Source: a virus (taxonomy: Duplodnaviria; Caudoviricetes). From it: 37,470 bases of DNA. Shown here in pieces: positions 27,494 through 35,872 of this stretch. Position 1 is the first letter of the stretch. Each line of letters opens with the position of its first letter. The stretch lies in IMG/VR virus record IMGVR_UViG_3300048853_000030, positions 1 to 37,470 of that record, one strand, 5' to 3'. The notes under the pieces are model-generated. The model ran no database searches and was not told where the DNA came from. It worked only from the letters and a program-made list of their open reading frames with translations. Position numbers and translations under genes: made by a program.

Positions 27494-27733
27494 ACTCGGG
27501 TAGATGAGCCGGGCCGTGTCACAGGGCCACACATTGTCGTTCTGGCAGTGGAGGCAGACGTCCTCGTAGTGCCCACTCCACCCGTTGCGCTTGGATACTT
27601 TTCGGTGCAAGTCGCGGATTGGCGCCAGAGCCTCTCGGGCGACATTGAGGTCACGTTCTCCCGGTTGAAAGACGGGGCCTCCGTAGCGTTTGCAGATCGC
27701 CCGCTGTGCCGCTTCAACGGCTGGGTCGCTCAT
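27482..27733 (-). CDS. Hypothetical phage protein (H...CxxC...WPC)
   Basis: MSDPAVEAAQRA...AREALAPIRDLH...CLHC...WPCDTARL; start re-called at the ATGA overlap. Confidence 0.75.
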   Translation of the reverse strand: MSDPAVEAAQRAICKRYGGPVFQPGERDLNVAREALAPIRDLHRKVSKRNGWSGHYEDVCLHCQNDNVWPCDTARLIYPSEDL

Positions 27734-27879
27734 GCCGCCTCCGCTCGCCTGTTCCGACGACGGTCCGCGACGGCTGCAGCGACAGCGTCTTTGCATGCCT
27801 GGCACGCCTGCTCGCCGTTCCGCAGGTGCCTCCTGTAGCGCGCCTCGGTGCCGTGGCCTTTGGGATGCCTCGTCCTCAT
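27730..27879 (-). CDS. Small basic Zn-binding protein (49 aa)
   Basis: HGTEARYRRH...CQAC motif; ATGA overlaps. Confidence 0.7.
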   Translation of the reverse strand: MRTRHPKGHGTEARYRRHLRNGEQACQACKDAVAAAVADRRRNRRAEAA

Positions 27880-28337
27880 GCGGACCTCGCTTCGCCGTCG
27901 ACGAGCTGGTCGGTCCATGCGAGTAGCTCCTGCGCCGAGTAGTCGTCGACGGGGACCATCGCAGCGAGGGTGACCACGAGCGTCTTCAGCTGGTTCGAGG
28001 TGATCGTGCCGAGCTCTGACCAGACGACGCGGGGGTCGTCCTCGCGGACATGGTTGGCCATCGCGACCGCGGCGGGGACCGCGCCTTCGAGGAGCCGGCG
28101 GCGCTCGGCCTTGCTCGGTGCATCCACGGGGCCGTCGACGGCCAGTGCCGGATCGAAGTCCTTGGCGCGCAACCGGCACACGGTGCGCTCGCTGACGCGG
28201 AGTACCCCGCTGATCTCGTCCGCTGAGTAGCCGCGCTCCGTCAACCGGCGAACCGCGACGATTCGTTCCGGGTGAGTGAGCTTCACGTGCTCGCCCCGCA
28301 GCGCGCGCTGGACCGCTACTTCGTCGTAGCTCATCAC
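27876..28337 (-). CDS. HTH DNA-binding protein
   Basis: GYSADEISGVLRVSERTVCR sigma-70 region 4-like HTH. Confidence 0.75.
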   Translation of the reverse strand: MMSYDEVAVQRALRGEHVKLTHPERIVAVRRLTERGYSADEISGVLRVSERTVCRLRAKDFDPALAVDGPVDAPSKAERRRLLEGAVPAAVAMANHVREDDPRVVWSELGTITSNQLKTLVVTLAAMVPVDDYSAQELLAWTDQLVDGEARSA

Positions 28338-28558
28338 ATCCCCGCTTTCCGCAGTCCCATAAGCCGTTGCGCCTCATGGAACTCGCGCGATGCGCGTTCT
28401 GGTCCCAGGAGATCGACAACCTCGTTGATCGCGGCATTGTTTTTGACGAGCGCAGCGAGGTGATCCTCGATCGCGAGTAGGGCGTGCACCTGCGCGGCGG
28501 CGGTGATGTTCTGCTTGAGCAATTCCTCGGCGCGTTGCCTGTGGTCTGCGGCGCTCAT
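28334..28558 (-). CDS. Hypothetical protein (74 aa)
   Basis: DHRQRAEELL...AQVHALLAI motif; start re-called at the ATGA overlap. Confidence 0.7.
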   Translation of the reverse strand: MSAADHRQRAEELLKQNITAAAQVHALLAIEDHLAALVKNNAAINEVVDLLGPERASREFHEAQRLMGLRKAGM

Positions 28559-28680
28559 TGGGTGCCACCCATCCCATGGAACTGTGCTGTGGAGTTGGTG
28601 ATCGCGTCCCTGACGAGAAGGCCAACAAGGGTCCACCACGCGACGGCGGCGGGTATGAAGACTGCGGTTGCGGTGCTCAT
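28555..28680 (-). CDS. Small membrane protein (41 aa)
   Basis: Own translation MSTATAVFIPAAVAWWTLVGLLVRDAIT...; fills the gap with ATGA overlaps. Confidence 0.55.
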   Translation of the reverse strand: MSTATAVFIPAAVAWWTLVGLLVRDAITNSTAQFHGMGGTQ

Positions 28681-28865
28681 GACGCCACCTGCTTGCGCTT
28701 GGTTGGGGTCAGCTGCGCCCAGAGTCGAGCACGTTCACGCTTGGCGCCGACTCCTTTGCCGAGGCGGCGATCGAGCACTGCCAGCTGGTCGGATGCGCTG
28801 CGCTCGAACCGGTTCGCGTCACGCTCGAATGCTGCGTCGCTCCGGTCTTCACTGCGCCCGCTCAC
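28677..28865 (-). CDS. Small basic hypothetical protein (62 aa)
   Basis: GTGA overlap with recT; LDRRLGKGVGAKRERARL. Confidence 0.65.
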   Translation of the reverse strand: MSGRSEDRSDAAFERDANRFERSASDQLAVLDRRLGKGVGAKRERARLWAQLTPTKRKQVAS

Positions 28866-29962
28866 TTGGTGACCTCGCCTTCCAGCTCGGTGACCAACGC
28901 GGCGATGGCATCTTTGAGGACGTTCGGTCCCTCGTTGTCGATCTGCTCGAGGGCGGTGATCATCTTGTCGGCCTCGTCGGCGGTCATCGGAGTCTCGGTG
29001 AAGTCGGCCCGGTCGAGGAACTTCTCGGTGACCAGGCGCCTCTTGTCCTTGGCCGACTTGGGCAGACCGCCGGCAACGAACAGGACGTTGAGTCGGTTGT
29101 TCTGGGCGGTGGTCGGCTTCGCGGCGGCGGGCTCAAACGTCTGGTCCTCGTTCTGGGCCGCGGGCGGCTCGCTCCGTTCGGGCTCGGCGGTCGGCTCCGG
29201 CTCTGCGACCGGCTCGGGCTCCGCTGGTGTGGCGGCCGCCGACGGTGCGCCGATGCCTAGTCGCGCGCGGAGTTCATCGGCGTTGACTGTCCGGCTGGCG
29301 GTCTCGTTGCGCACCGAGCGCGGTGCATCGCCGAGGTCGTCGCCTTCGAGATCCTCGTAGCTGTAGGCGATACCGAGGAGCACGTCCGGCGCGATGTGCC
29401 GGCACACCTCGGCGGCCGCCTTGGCGTACAGCATGGCCCTCGGGTCCTTGAGGTACTTCTCGTTTCCGATGAGCTTGCCGTTGGCGTTCGTCTTGAACTT
29501 GCCTGTCCGCTCGTCGATCTCCGGGATGTAGCCAGCCTGTTTCGCCCGCTCGATGGTCCACGTCGAGGTCTCCTCGGTGCCGTCGGGCGCCTGCCCCCAC
29601 ACCGTGACCGTCTCGTCGGTGCTCTCGAGTGTCCGAACCTTGTAACCGTGCCTCTTGATGAGCGCGACCATGGTCCTGGCGTACAGCGACGGCATGCCGT
29701 GAACAGGGAAGATGTTCTGCAGCGACTGGATCGGGTTGAGGCCGAGCTCGGCGCCGTACAAGATCGCGGCCGTCCCGTCCTGAGGTTTGCCGCGGTAGAT
29801 GGCCGGCACAAGCGCAGTGCTGCACATCGCGTCGGCCAGCTTGAACGCGGTGTCCATAGCCTCGGCGTGCTCGCGGAGCTGAGTGATCGCCGTCGACTGC
29901 ATCGGCCGGGCGGGTGGGAAGACGGTGAGTTCGTCGTTGTGCTGGGTGAGTTCGACAGTCAT
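28862..29962 (-). CDS. RecT-like ssDNA annealing protein
   Basis: YRGKPQDGTAAILYGAELGLNPIQSL and PRAMLYAKA motifs; downstream of RecE. Confidence 0.85.
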   Translation of the reverse strand: MTVELTQHNDELTVFPPARPMQSTAITQLREHAEAMDTAFKLADAMCSTALVPAIYRGKPQDGTAAILYGAELGLNPIQSLQNIFPVHGMPSLYARTMVALIKRHGYKVRTLESTDETVTVWGQAPDGTEETSTWTIERAKQAGYIPEIDERTGKFKTNANGKLIGNEKYLKDPRAMLYAKAAAEVCRHIAPDVLLGIAYSYEDLEGDDLGDAPRSVRNETASRTVNADELRARLGIGAPSAAATPAEPEPVAEPEPTAEPERSEPPAAQNEDQTFEPAAAKPTTAQNNRLNVLFVAGGLPKSAKDKRRLVTEKFLDRADFTETPMTADEADKMITALEQIDNEGPNVLKDAIAALVTELEGEVTK

Positions 29963-30813
29963 GCTGCTTGCCTTTCAAGGTTTGCGAGGGTGGTTTCGGT
30001 TGTGCGGGAGTACCAGTCGGGCCACGGTGGGGTGTGCACGACTGGTTCGTATCCGGGCCAGGTATCGGACTCGACGCACCGGGCGTAGAGATCGATCGCG
30101 GCGCGGTTGAGGCGGCGCCCTTCGGCGACGGCCTCGGCGGGCAGCTGGACCACCGAAGGCAGGTACGGCGCGGCCTTCTCCTGGCAGAAGAAATAGAACT
30201 GTGCGTCGACACCGAGCTCGGCTGCGCCGTCGAGATAGAACGGCTCCTGGCAGTGGTAGCCGTAATCCTTTGCGCTCTTGATGAACTGGGCGGGGTCAGC
30301 GCTCTTGGTGGTCTTGTAGTCCACGAACAGCGGATGGTCGCCGCCGGTGTTCCAGTCCGGCCGACACCGCAATCGCACACCGGTGACCGGGTCGTTCCAG
30401 TACCAGGACTGCTCGGCTACCCCGCTGGCAAAGAGGATCTCGCCGAGCGGATGGGTGAGCGCCGCCTCCGCCATCACCTTCGCGACCTCGTACATCGCGG
30501 TGAGGATCGGCACCTTGCCTGCGGCCCGCGCTGCCGCGGCGTCGGCCTTCGCGTCCTTCGTGCGCCAGTCCTTGTAGTCGAGCACCTCGATCGCTGAACC
30601 CTCACCGAGCACGAGGGCGTGCGCGACGTGGCCGAAGTCCCAGTCCTTCTTGTACTCCACCGCGCCGTAACGGAACTTGGCCGGGCCGCCGGGCTCGAGC
30701 AACGCTCGGGCGCCCGAGGACGACAGGGAGTTTCGGTCTGCGTGGTAGGTCAGGTCCGAGATGCCGTCGTAAATGCCGGGTTCGGTGGGCGGCGAGGCAA
30801 TTGTCTCGGTCAT
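29959..30813 (-). CDS. RecE-like (exonuclease VIII, PD-(D/E)XK) exonuclease
   Basis: YHAD...LSSSG, RCRPD, VDYKT, YHCQ...Y and WPGY motifs. Confidence 0.9.
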   Translation of the reverse strand: MTETIASPPTEPGIYDGISDLTYHADRNSLSSSGARALLEPGGPAKFRYGAVEYKKDWDFGHVAHALVLGEGSAIEVLDYKDWRTKDAKADAAAARAAGKVPILTAMYEVAKVMAEAALTHPLGEILFASGVAEQSWYWNDPVTGVRLRCRPDWNTGGDHPLFVDYKTTKSADPAQFIKSAKDYGYHCQEPFYLDGAAELGVDAQFYFFCQEKAAPYLPSVVQLPAEAVAEGRRLNRAAIDLYARCVESDTWPGYEPVVHTPPWPDWYSRTTETTLANLERQAA

Positions 30814-31355
30814 TTCATCACCGCGTCCCAGATCGCACGCGCGCTGAGTGCATCACCCATCGCGGTGTGGGCGCCGGCCTTGTCGCCGCTGGGCAGCCCG
30901 AGAGCGTCGAGGCAGTTCTGCAGGCCGCCGATCTCACGGCCGAGGTGGCCCACGGTGATCGACTCCACGCACCGCAGCCGGTGATACCAGGGCGGCGGCA
31001 CGACCGGGCTGATGTTGCGACGCAACAGCCTAGCGATCAGGCCCGTGTCGAAACTAGGTATCGCGCCGACAATCTGGGGTGCCAGGTTTCCGGGCCCCGG
31101 GGCAAGGAACGTGGCGATCTTGCGGGCGGCGTCGTACTGCCGCAGCGCCTGGCCAGCATCGAACCGGGTCGCATGGTCGGCCTGAAACTCGGGAGGCAGA
31201 CCCTCCACCTTGCGAGCGTCGTGAAAGATCTGGATCAGCATCCGATCCTCCGCGCCTTCGGGTGTCCGGCGGATCGCGGCGAACTCCCAGATGTCTGAGT
31301 CATCCTCGATGCCCGTGGATTCAACGTCGAGGAATACGAGGTCGCGTTCGCTCAT
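30810..31355 (-). CDS. DnaQ-like DEDDh 3'-5' exonuclease
   Basis: FLDVESTG, SFD and HTAMGDA motifs; start re-called at MSERDL. Confidence 0.88.
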   Translation of the reverse strand: MSERDLVFLDVESTGIEDDSDIWEFAAIRRTPEGAEDRMLIQIFHDARKVEGLPPEFQADHATRFDAGQALRQYDAARKIATFLAPGPGNLAPQIVGAIPSFDTGLIARLLRRNISPVVPPPWYHRLRCVESITVGHLGREIGGLQNCLDALGLPSGDKAGAHTAMGDALSARAIWDAVMK

Positions 31356-31705
31356 TCTGCGCACCTCCTGCACAGCAGCTGGTGATCGGCGGTCCGGACG
31401 ATCTGCTCGCCCTTGGCGATGTAGCCGTCGCACCGATCGCACAGGCCGGCGTGCTGAATGTTGAACCGGCAGAGGATCGCGACCGCGCCGTCGCGCTCCT
31501 CTGGGGTGATGTGGCCGTCTGCGACGAGGGCCTCGACGAGGTTCGTCTTGGCAGCGTCTTCCGTTGCAGCGTCCTCGATTCGACCGTTGTGGACGGTCAT
31601 GTGGGGGAAGTCGGCCGGGGTGAACGCAAGGCCGCTGAGGATGAGCGTGCCGAACGTGGCCACCGTTAAGGAGCCGAGTAGGTAATAGAGCGCGAAGTCG
31701 GGCAT
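31352..31705 (-). CDS. Hypothetical protein with N-terminal TM helix and C-terminal CxxC...CxxC
   Basis: 117 aa; RBS GAAAGG. Confidence 0.65.
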   Translation of the reverse strand: MPDFALYYLLGSLTVATFGTLILSGLAFTPADFPHMTVHNGRIEDAATEDAAKTNLVEALVADGHITPEERDGAVAILCRFNIQHAGLCDRCDGYIAKGEQIVRTADHQLLCRRCAE

Positions 31706-31736
31706 GGGGTGCCTTTCGGAAGAGGTTGGGAGAGGT

Positions 31737-31997
31737 TCAGGCGGACTTGCGTTTGATGGTTCGAGATCTGGGGGAGAGGCCGGACGGCCGCGGGGGATCG
31801 GGGTCGCGAGTCTTCGTGGCCATTAGGTCGAGTGCTTGCTGGACCTGGGCGGGAGTGACCCGCCAGATGTGGCCGACCTTGGTGCCCGGCCAGGTGCGAG
31901 ATGCCAAGCGACGCTTGTACATATCGACGCTGCACGGGATCAAGGCGGCGGCGTCCTCGACCGACATCGTCAGTGGGCGGGTGTCGAGTTCGGTCAT
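31737..31997 (-). CDS. Excisionase-like HTH DNA-binding protein
   Basis: MSVEDAAALI...GTKVGHIWRV MerR/Xis-type wHTH; early operon position. Confidence 0.7.
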   Translation of the reverse strand: MTELDTRPLTMSVEDAAALIPCSVDMYKRRLASRTWPGTKVGHIWRVTPAQVQQALDLMATKTRDPDPPRPSGLSPRSRTIKRKSA

Positions 31998-32782
31998 GCC
32001 GCACGCTGGTTAACGCGTCGGTGGATCAACTCAACACCACGGGGGAGGACCTGCAGGGTGTAGTGAGTGCACGAACCCCACTGATGCTCAACGACTTTCT
32101 CGCGAGTCTGGAAGTGGTGCGCGTACTGGGCGTAGAAGTCGTACATCACTGCGCCACAAGGGGCGTGTTTGACGAAGATCAACTTTTCCTCGAGCAACCA
32201 GCGCCGAAGATCCTTCTCTTTCCAGTCGAGGACCTTCGCGACCTCGCGAACCAGACGAGCGCCACCCTGCGACAGGAGGTAGTCATCGGCGAGATCAGCC
32301 TTCGGTGCGAGCTCGGCGACCTGAGCCTCCGCCCGGTCGGCCCGTTCAGCCTCGTCGGCTGCAGCACGGAGTGCCTCTGCGTAAGTGCGGGGGAGTGCCG
32401 GCGTCGCGGCGGCAACCTCAGCCTCGCGGGTCTTGATGACGAAGTACGTTTGCGCCGCTGCGATCTCCGGTTTGCGGGGGTCGCCGTTCAGGGCGACGAG
32501 ATAGCACGCGTAGCGCGAGAGGTGAAAGTCTTCGGCTGCAGGTCCGCTAGCTGCAACTTTGCGGGCGCCCGCAAAGTTGCGGATGGAGTCCGATCCGGAA
32601 TTGTGGCAAGCGACCCGAGCTCGCTCGATCGCGTTGGCGAAGTCGCGCCACACGGTGTATCCGAGCATCGACATCAGGTCGCGCGCCGACCAGTACTCGC
32701 GGCCCTCGGGGGTGACGTGCCTGATCGCATCGAACGGTGAGACCTCGCCGACCTCCGCGGGGGCGTTACGCTGATCGTGCAT
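31994..32782 (-). CDS. Antirepressor (Bro-N/DinD-like N-terminus plus ANT/KilAC C-terminus)
   Basis: EYWSARDL, LSRYACYLVALNGDPRK...AQTYF, LPRTYAEALR and APKADLAD motifs. Confidence 0.9.
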   Translation of the reverse strand: MHDQRNAPAEVGEVSPFDAIRHVTPEGREYWSARDLMSMLGYTVWRDFANAIERARVACHNSGSDSIRNFAGARKVAASGPAAEDFHLSRYACYLVALNGDPRKPEIAAAQTYFVIKTREAEVAAATPALPRTYAEALRAAADEAERADRAEAQVAELAPKADLADDYLLSQGGARLVREVAKVLDWKEKDLRRWLLEEKLIFVKHAPCGAVMYDFYAQYAHHFQTREKVVEHQWGSCTHYTLQVLPRGVELIHRRVNQRAA

Positions 32783-32805
32783 GGGAGATATGTCCTCTCT
32801 TGTTG

Positions 32806-32840
32806 GCCGCCCGGTGTTCGCGCACCGTGGCGGCTTTCTT
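32806..32840 (+). terminator. Intrinsic terminator-like hairpin oriented antisense to the early operon
   Basis: GCCGCCCGGTG-ttcgcg-CACCG(T)GGCGGC followed by TTTCTT on the + strand. Confidence 0.55.
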
Positions 32841-33139
32841 TATGCCGCTTTCGCCTTCTTGCGGGCGTCAGGTGTGGTCAAAGTCGGGGACTTTCTGTCC
32901 ACGAAAAGAGTCCCAGGTAGGACGCGGAGTGCCTCCTCGATGAGGTCGCCGATCTGGCGGGTGCACGTTCTGCGTTCGCCAGTGACAAGTAGGTGGATGA
33001 ACTGGCGGGAGCAGCCGCAGTATCGGGCGAGCCGCGCCTGGGTGAAGTCCGCGTTCTCCATGTAACGAACGAGGAGGTCGGGGTCTCGTACTTGCATCCA
33101 CATTCCCTTCGAACGTTTGCGTCTCGTGCTCGCCTTCAT
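32840..33139 (-). CDS. Cro-like XRE HTH regulator
   Basis: FTQARLARYCGCSRQFIHLL HTH; first gene of the leftward operon; RBS GGAGG. Confidence 0.85.
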   Translation of the reverse strand: MKASTRRKRSKGMWMQVRDPDLLVRYMENADFTQARLARYCGCSRQFIHLLVTGERRTCTRQIGDLIEEALRVLPGTLFVDRKSPTLTTPDARKKAKAA

Positions 33140-33183
33140 GAGTCTGCCTCCCGGCTTGTTAGTTGTCAACGGCTTGCGCCACA

Positions 33184-33213
33184 ACTGTATTCTGGCGGTT
33201 GACAGAATGTCAA
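33184..33213 (-). promoter_or_regulatory. SigA-type early lytic promoter TTGACA-N18-TACAGT
   Basis: -35 at 33208-33213 and -10 at 33184-33189 on the minus strand, upstream of cro. Confidence 0.75.
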
Positions 33214-33214
33214 C
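33198..33214. promoter_or_regulatory. Operator palindrome GTTGACA-GAA-TGTCAAC
   Basis: Perfect 7-3-7 inverted repeat over the -35; further GTTGACA half-sites near 33164, 33278 and 33313. Confidence 0.7.
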
Positions 33215-33372
33215 GACTTACAGCCCTGTAATTCAGCACGTCGCAGGTCATATCGGGTAGGCCGGGAATGCTCGCTGGTTGACACCAAACCGCTAGAGTG
33301 TGTCCTCAACCAGTTGACATATCGGAACTGGTGCGAGTGACATCAACGACTACCCGCCGGAGACTTCCTCTC

Positions 33373-33945
33373 ATGCACGCATTCGGACGCTTTATCCAGA
33401 CAGAGCTCGATGCTCGTGGCTGGCGACAGGCCGAACTCGTGCGTAAGTCAGGACTCCAGCGGCAGCATCTCTCGAAGCTGCTCAACGACCGGCGTGACTA
33501 CCTCGGGCAAATGCCCGACGAACACACGCTCACACGCATCGCGGCCGGCTTCGAAATTCCCGTCGCCACCGTCCGTGCGGCCGCAGCCCGGGCCCTCGTC
33601 GGATACGAGGACTCGGGGGAGTCTCTGACTTTCGAACTCGCAGACGTCTCAACGGACGCGCTGCTGAATGAGATTCGGAGACGGATAGATGCCAACACGT
33701 CTGCTGCCCCACAGACTCCGCCGAAACCGGGAACACCGGGCGAAGAGAGTGAAGACCAGGAGGGCAAGGTCTACGCCTTTACTCCACCGGATCAAGACGG
33801 CAACCTTGACGACCCTGAACCCGACTACTCGCTGCCCGGCGTGGCCTACACACCCAAGCTGGGGGAGAAGGGGTCGAAAGAAGCGCGCGATCAGGATGAG
33901 CTCGCTGAGCGGCCCGATCCCGACGGGCCTGATGAGGGTTCATGA
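33373..33945 (+). CDS. Immunity repressor (XRE HTH, ImmR-like, no S24 peptidase domain)
   Basis: WRQAELVRKSGLQRQHLSKLL HTH; divergent from cro; acidic Pro-rich tail; start could be 33298. Confidence 0.85.
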   Translation: MHAFGRFIQTELDARGWRQAELVRKSGLQRQHLSKLLNDRRDYLGQMPDEHTLTRIAAGFEIPVATVRAAAARALVGYEDSGESLTFELADVSTDALLNEIRRRIDANTSAAPQTPPKPGTPGEESEDQEGKVYAFTPPDQDGNLDDPEPDYSLPGVAYTPKLGEKGSKEARDQDELAERPDPDGPDEGS

Positions 33946-33999
33946 TCTGCCACAATCGGCAGTGAGAGAACAGAGCGATGCCGAAAGGGGGTGAATGAG

Positions 34000-34617
34000 A
34001 TGGCATATCCAATTGACTTGACGATCGTCCTGTCGGGCGCGACGAAGGCTCAGTTAGCAACTTGGCGGCGACCGCCCAATCCAGTGCTCGAGCCGGAGGT
34101 CGCGTCAAGACCACGCATCCTCTATTCGTTTCGCGACATCCTCGCGTTGCGGACGATCGTGAAGTTGAGACGCGATGTTTCTCTCCAGAAAGTGCGGCGC
34201 GCGTTCGACTCGCTGAGAACCGATTTGGAACTTACCGATCACCCGTCGGCGTATCGACTGGTTGCGCATGGTTCCTCTATTGCCCTCGTTCACGACGACG
34301 GCGCGACCGACCTGGTAAAAAAGCCTGGTCACGAGTTGCTGGTGACGATGGACGACGTCATCGCCGAGTTCGAGAACTTCCGTGGTGACCGAGTCGTCAA
34401 CCTCTTGCATCCACGTCCTGGCGTTGAAGTGAAGCCCGGCCGGCTAAGTGGATGGCCCACCGTCCGGAACACTCGAGTCGGCTACGACACCGTCGCCGAC
34501 CTCGTCGCTGGGGGTGTGGCGCCCACAGAGGTGAGCGACTACTACCCGACAGTCGCCGCCGAATATGTCGCCGACGCCGTGGACTTCGCGGAAGAAGTCA
34601 GCAGGGCCGCATCTTGA
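34000..34617 (+). CDS. MerR-HTH plus DUF433 antitoxin (VapB45-like)
   Basis: LYSFRDILALR, VSLQKVRRA and PGRLSGWPTVRNTRV...DAVDF motifs; start may be GTG 33991. Confidence 0.85.
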   Translation: MAYPIDLTIVLSGATKAQLATWRRPPNPVLEPEVASRPRILYSFRDILALRTIVKLRRDVSLQKVRRAFDSLRTDLELTDHPSAYRLVAHGSSIALVHDDGATDLVKKPGHELLVTMDDVIAEFENFRGDRVVNLLHPRPGVEVKPGRLSGWPTVRNTRVGYDTVADLVAGGVAPTEVSDYYPTVAAEYVADAVDFAEEVSRAAS

Positions 34618-35048
34618 GAGTGTTTCTCGACGAATCAGTCAACATGAAGGCGATCCCGCCCGTGCGGGCCATGTTCCCTGAACACGAATATTTTGCATCG
34701 GGCGTCGACGCGCCACCAGGCCTTGACGATACGGACCTTTACCCGTTGGTCGCGGATCTCGGCTGCCAGATCTACATCTGCGGCGACATACGACAGCTAG
34801 ACACACGTGTGCATGAGGTGATTGCGTGCGGCAAGGCAGGCCTGCACTGGGTCGGTGTCCAAAAGGTGCCCGCGCGGGGCCGCGGGACTGCCACTGCCGA
34901 CGCCTCCCGGATGATCGGCGGACTGCTCCACGTCTTCAACGACGTCGCTGCGGAACCGGATGACCCGAAGTATTACCACCTCGGCGCTGGTCCGATAGAT
35001 CTGGCGGCCGCATGTGAGCAGCGCGGCCTGATAAGTGAAATCACCTAG
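34614..35048 (+). CDS. PIN-domain toxin (VapC45-like)
   Basis: TTG start overlapping the antitoxin stop (TTGA); RVFLDES, GLDD and ICGD acidic PIN motifs; 144 aa. Confidence 0.8.
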   Translation: MRVFLDESVNMKAIPPVRAMFPEHEYFASGVDAPPGLDDTDLYPLVADLGCQIYICGDIRQLDTRVHEVIACGKAGLHWVGVQKVPARGRGTATADASRMIGGLLHVFNDVAAEPDDPKYYHLGAGPIDLAAACEQRGLISEIT

Positions 35049-35074
35049 ATGTAATTCGTTGTCGCGCAACGGCT

Positions 35075-35096
35075 TGTCGGTGGTTACCGATAGAAC
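35075..35096 (+). promoter_or_regulatory. PafBC/RecA-NDp-like DNA-damage promoter (TGTCGG-N10-TAGAAC), leaderless start at 35103
   Basis: Matches TGTCGG-N10-TA-N3-T except the last base; ATG 6 nt after the -10; no SD. Confidence 0.6.
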
Positions 35097-35102
35097 GTCG
35101 GC

Positions 35103-35567
35103 ATGGATACGAAGCTCATGCCAAGCCGCCACCGGTGGCACCCTTGGCGCACCTTGCGAGAGCAGTACCCGCACGTGCGGGTGGTGACAACGCGGCACCT
35201 ACTGGCAGGCCGTCACGGCCACCACGACGGCCGTTATATCTGGATCTGCGCTGGCCTGACGCAGGTGCAGCGTCGTTGCGCGTTGACGCACGAGCTTATC
35301 CACGTCGAGCGCGGCATCTTCCCGGCGGACGCCGCAGAAGAAGCACTCGTCGAACGCCTCACCGCGCTGCGAATGATCACCTTCGAAGAACTCCTATCTG
35401 CCTTCCGTTGGGATCGCCACCCCGACCCGGCCGAGATGGCGGAGGAACTGTGGGTGACAGTCGACGTTCTCGACACCCGTATCCGCCACCTGGACCCGAT
35501 TGAGGTCGCCGAACTCGAGCACCACCTCGGTGGCGACTGGAGCTACGTACGAGGAGCAGCATCATGA
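35103..35567 (+). CDS. ImmA/IrrE family metallo-endopeptidase
   Basis: WHPWR N-terminus, QRRCALTHELIH (HExxH), EE and AEELWV motifs. Confidence 0.88.
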   Translation: MDTKLMPSRHRWHPWRTLREQYPHVRVVTTRHLLAGRHGHHDGRYIWICAGLTQVQRRCALTHELIHVERGIFPADAAEEALVERLTALRMITFEELLSAFRWDRHPDPAEMAEELWVTVDVLDTRIRHLDPIEVAELEHHLGGDWSYVRGAAS

Positions 35568-35872
35568 CTGATCTCGACTGTGCGATTCTCGACTTCGAGT
35601 CTCAGTGGTGGCGGGCGCGCGGCAACAAGGAAGCAGCGATCCGCGAGCAGTTCGGTTGGTCGCCGGTTCGGTACGCGCAAAAGCTGAACCAGATCCTGGA
35701 TAATTCGGATGCGCTCGCTCACAACCCGCACGTTGTGAACCGGCTGCGACGAATTCGGTCGCAGCGGAACCATGCCCGCAAGGACCGAGAGGGTCTCTTA
35801 CATGAAGCGTCAGCTGATCGCAGCCTTGGGCCTGACCGCGGTGATGCTCGGAGGATGCACCGGGGCGGATGA
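35564..35872 (+). CDS. DUF3263 family protein
   Basis: AILDFESQWW...KEAAIREQFGWSPVRYAQKLN...P..VNRLRR; ATGA overlap with immA. Confidence 0.85.
   Translation: MTDLDCAILDFESQWWRARGNKEAAIREQFGWSPVRYAQKLNQILDNSDALAHNPHVVNRLRRIRSQRNHARKDREGLLHEASADRSLGPDRGDARRMHRGG

Noticed and set aside
33100-33372. LexA SOS box in the switch region
   Set aside because: TCGAACGTTTGCG near 33109 lacks the GTTCGA half; no TCGAAC-N4-GTTCGA seen
33942-33965. 7-codon ORF (MICHNRQ) overlapping the repressor stop
   Set aside because: Too short to support; may be chance or an insertion scar
34452-34613. N-terminal extension of the PIN ORF (198-aa call)
   Set aside because: Overlaps the antitoxin; the PIN motif begins at TTG 34614. 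Similar over-extended starts were trimmed for several minus-strand genes
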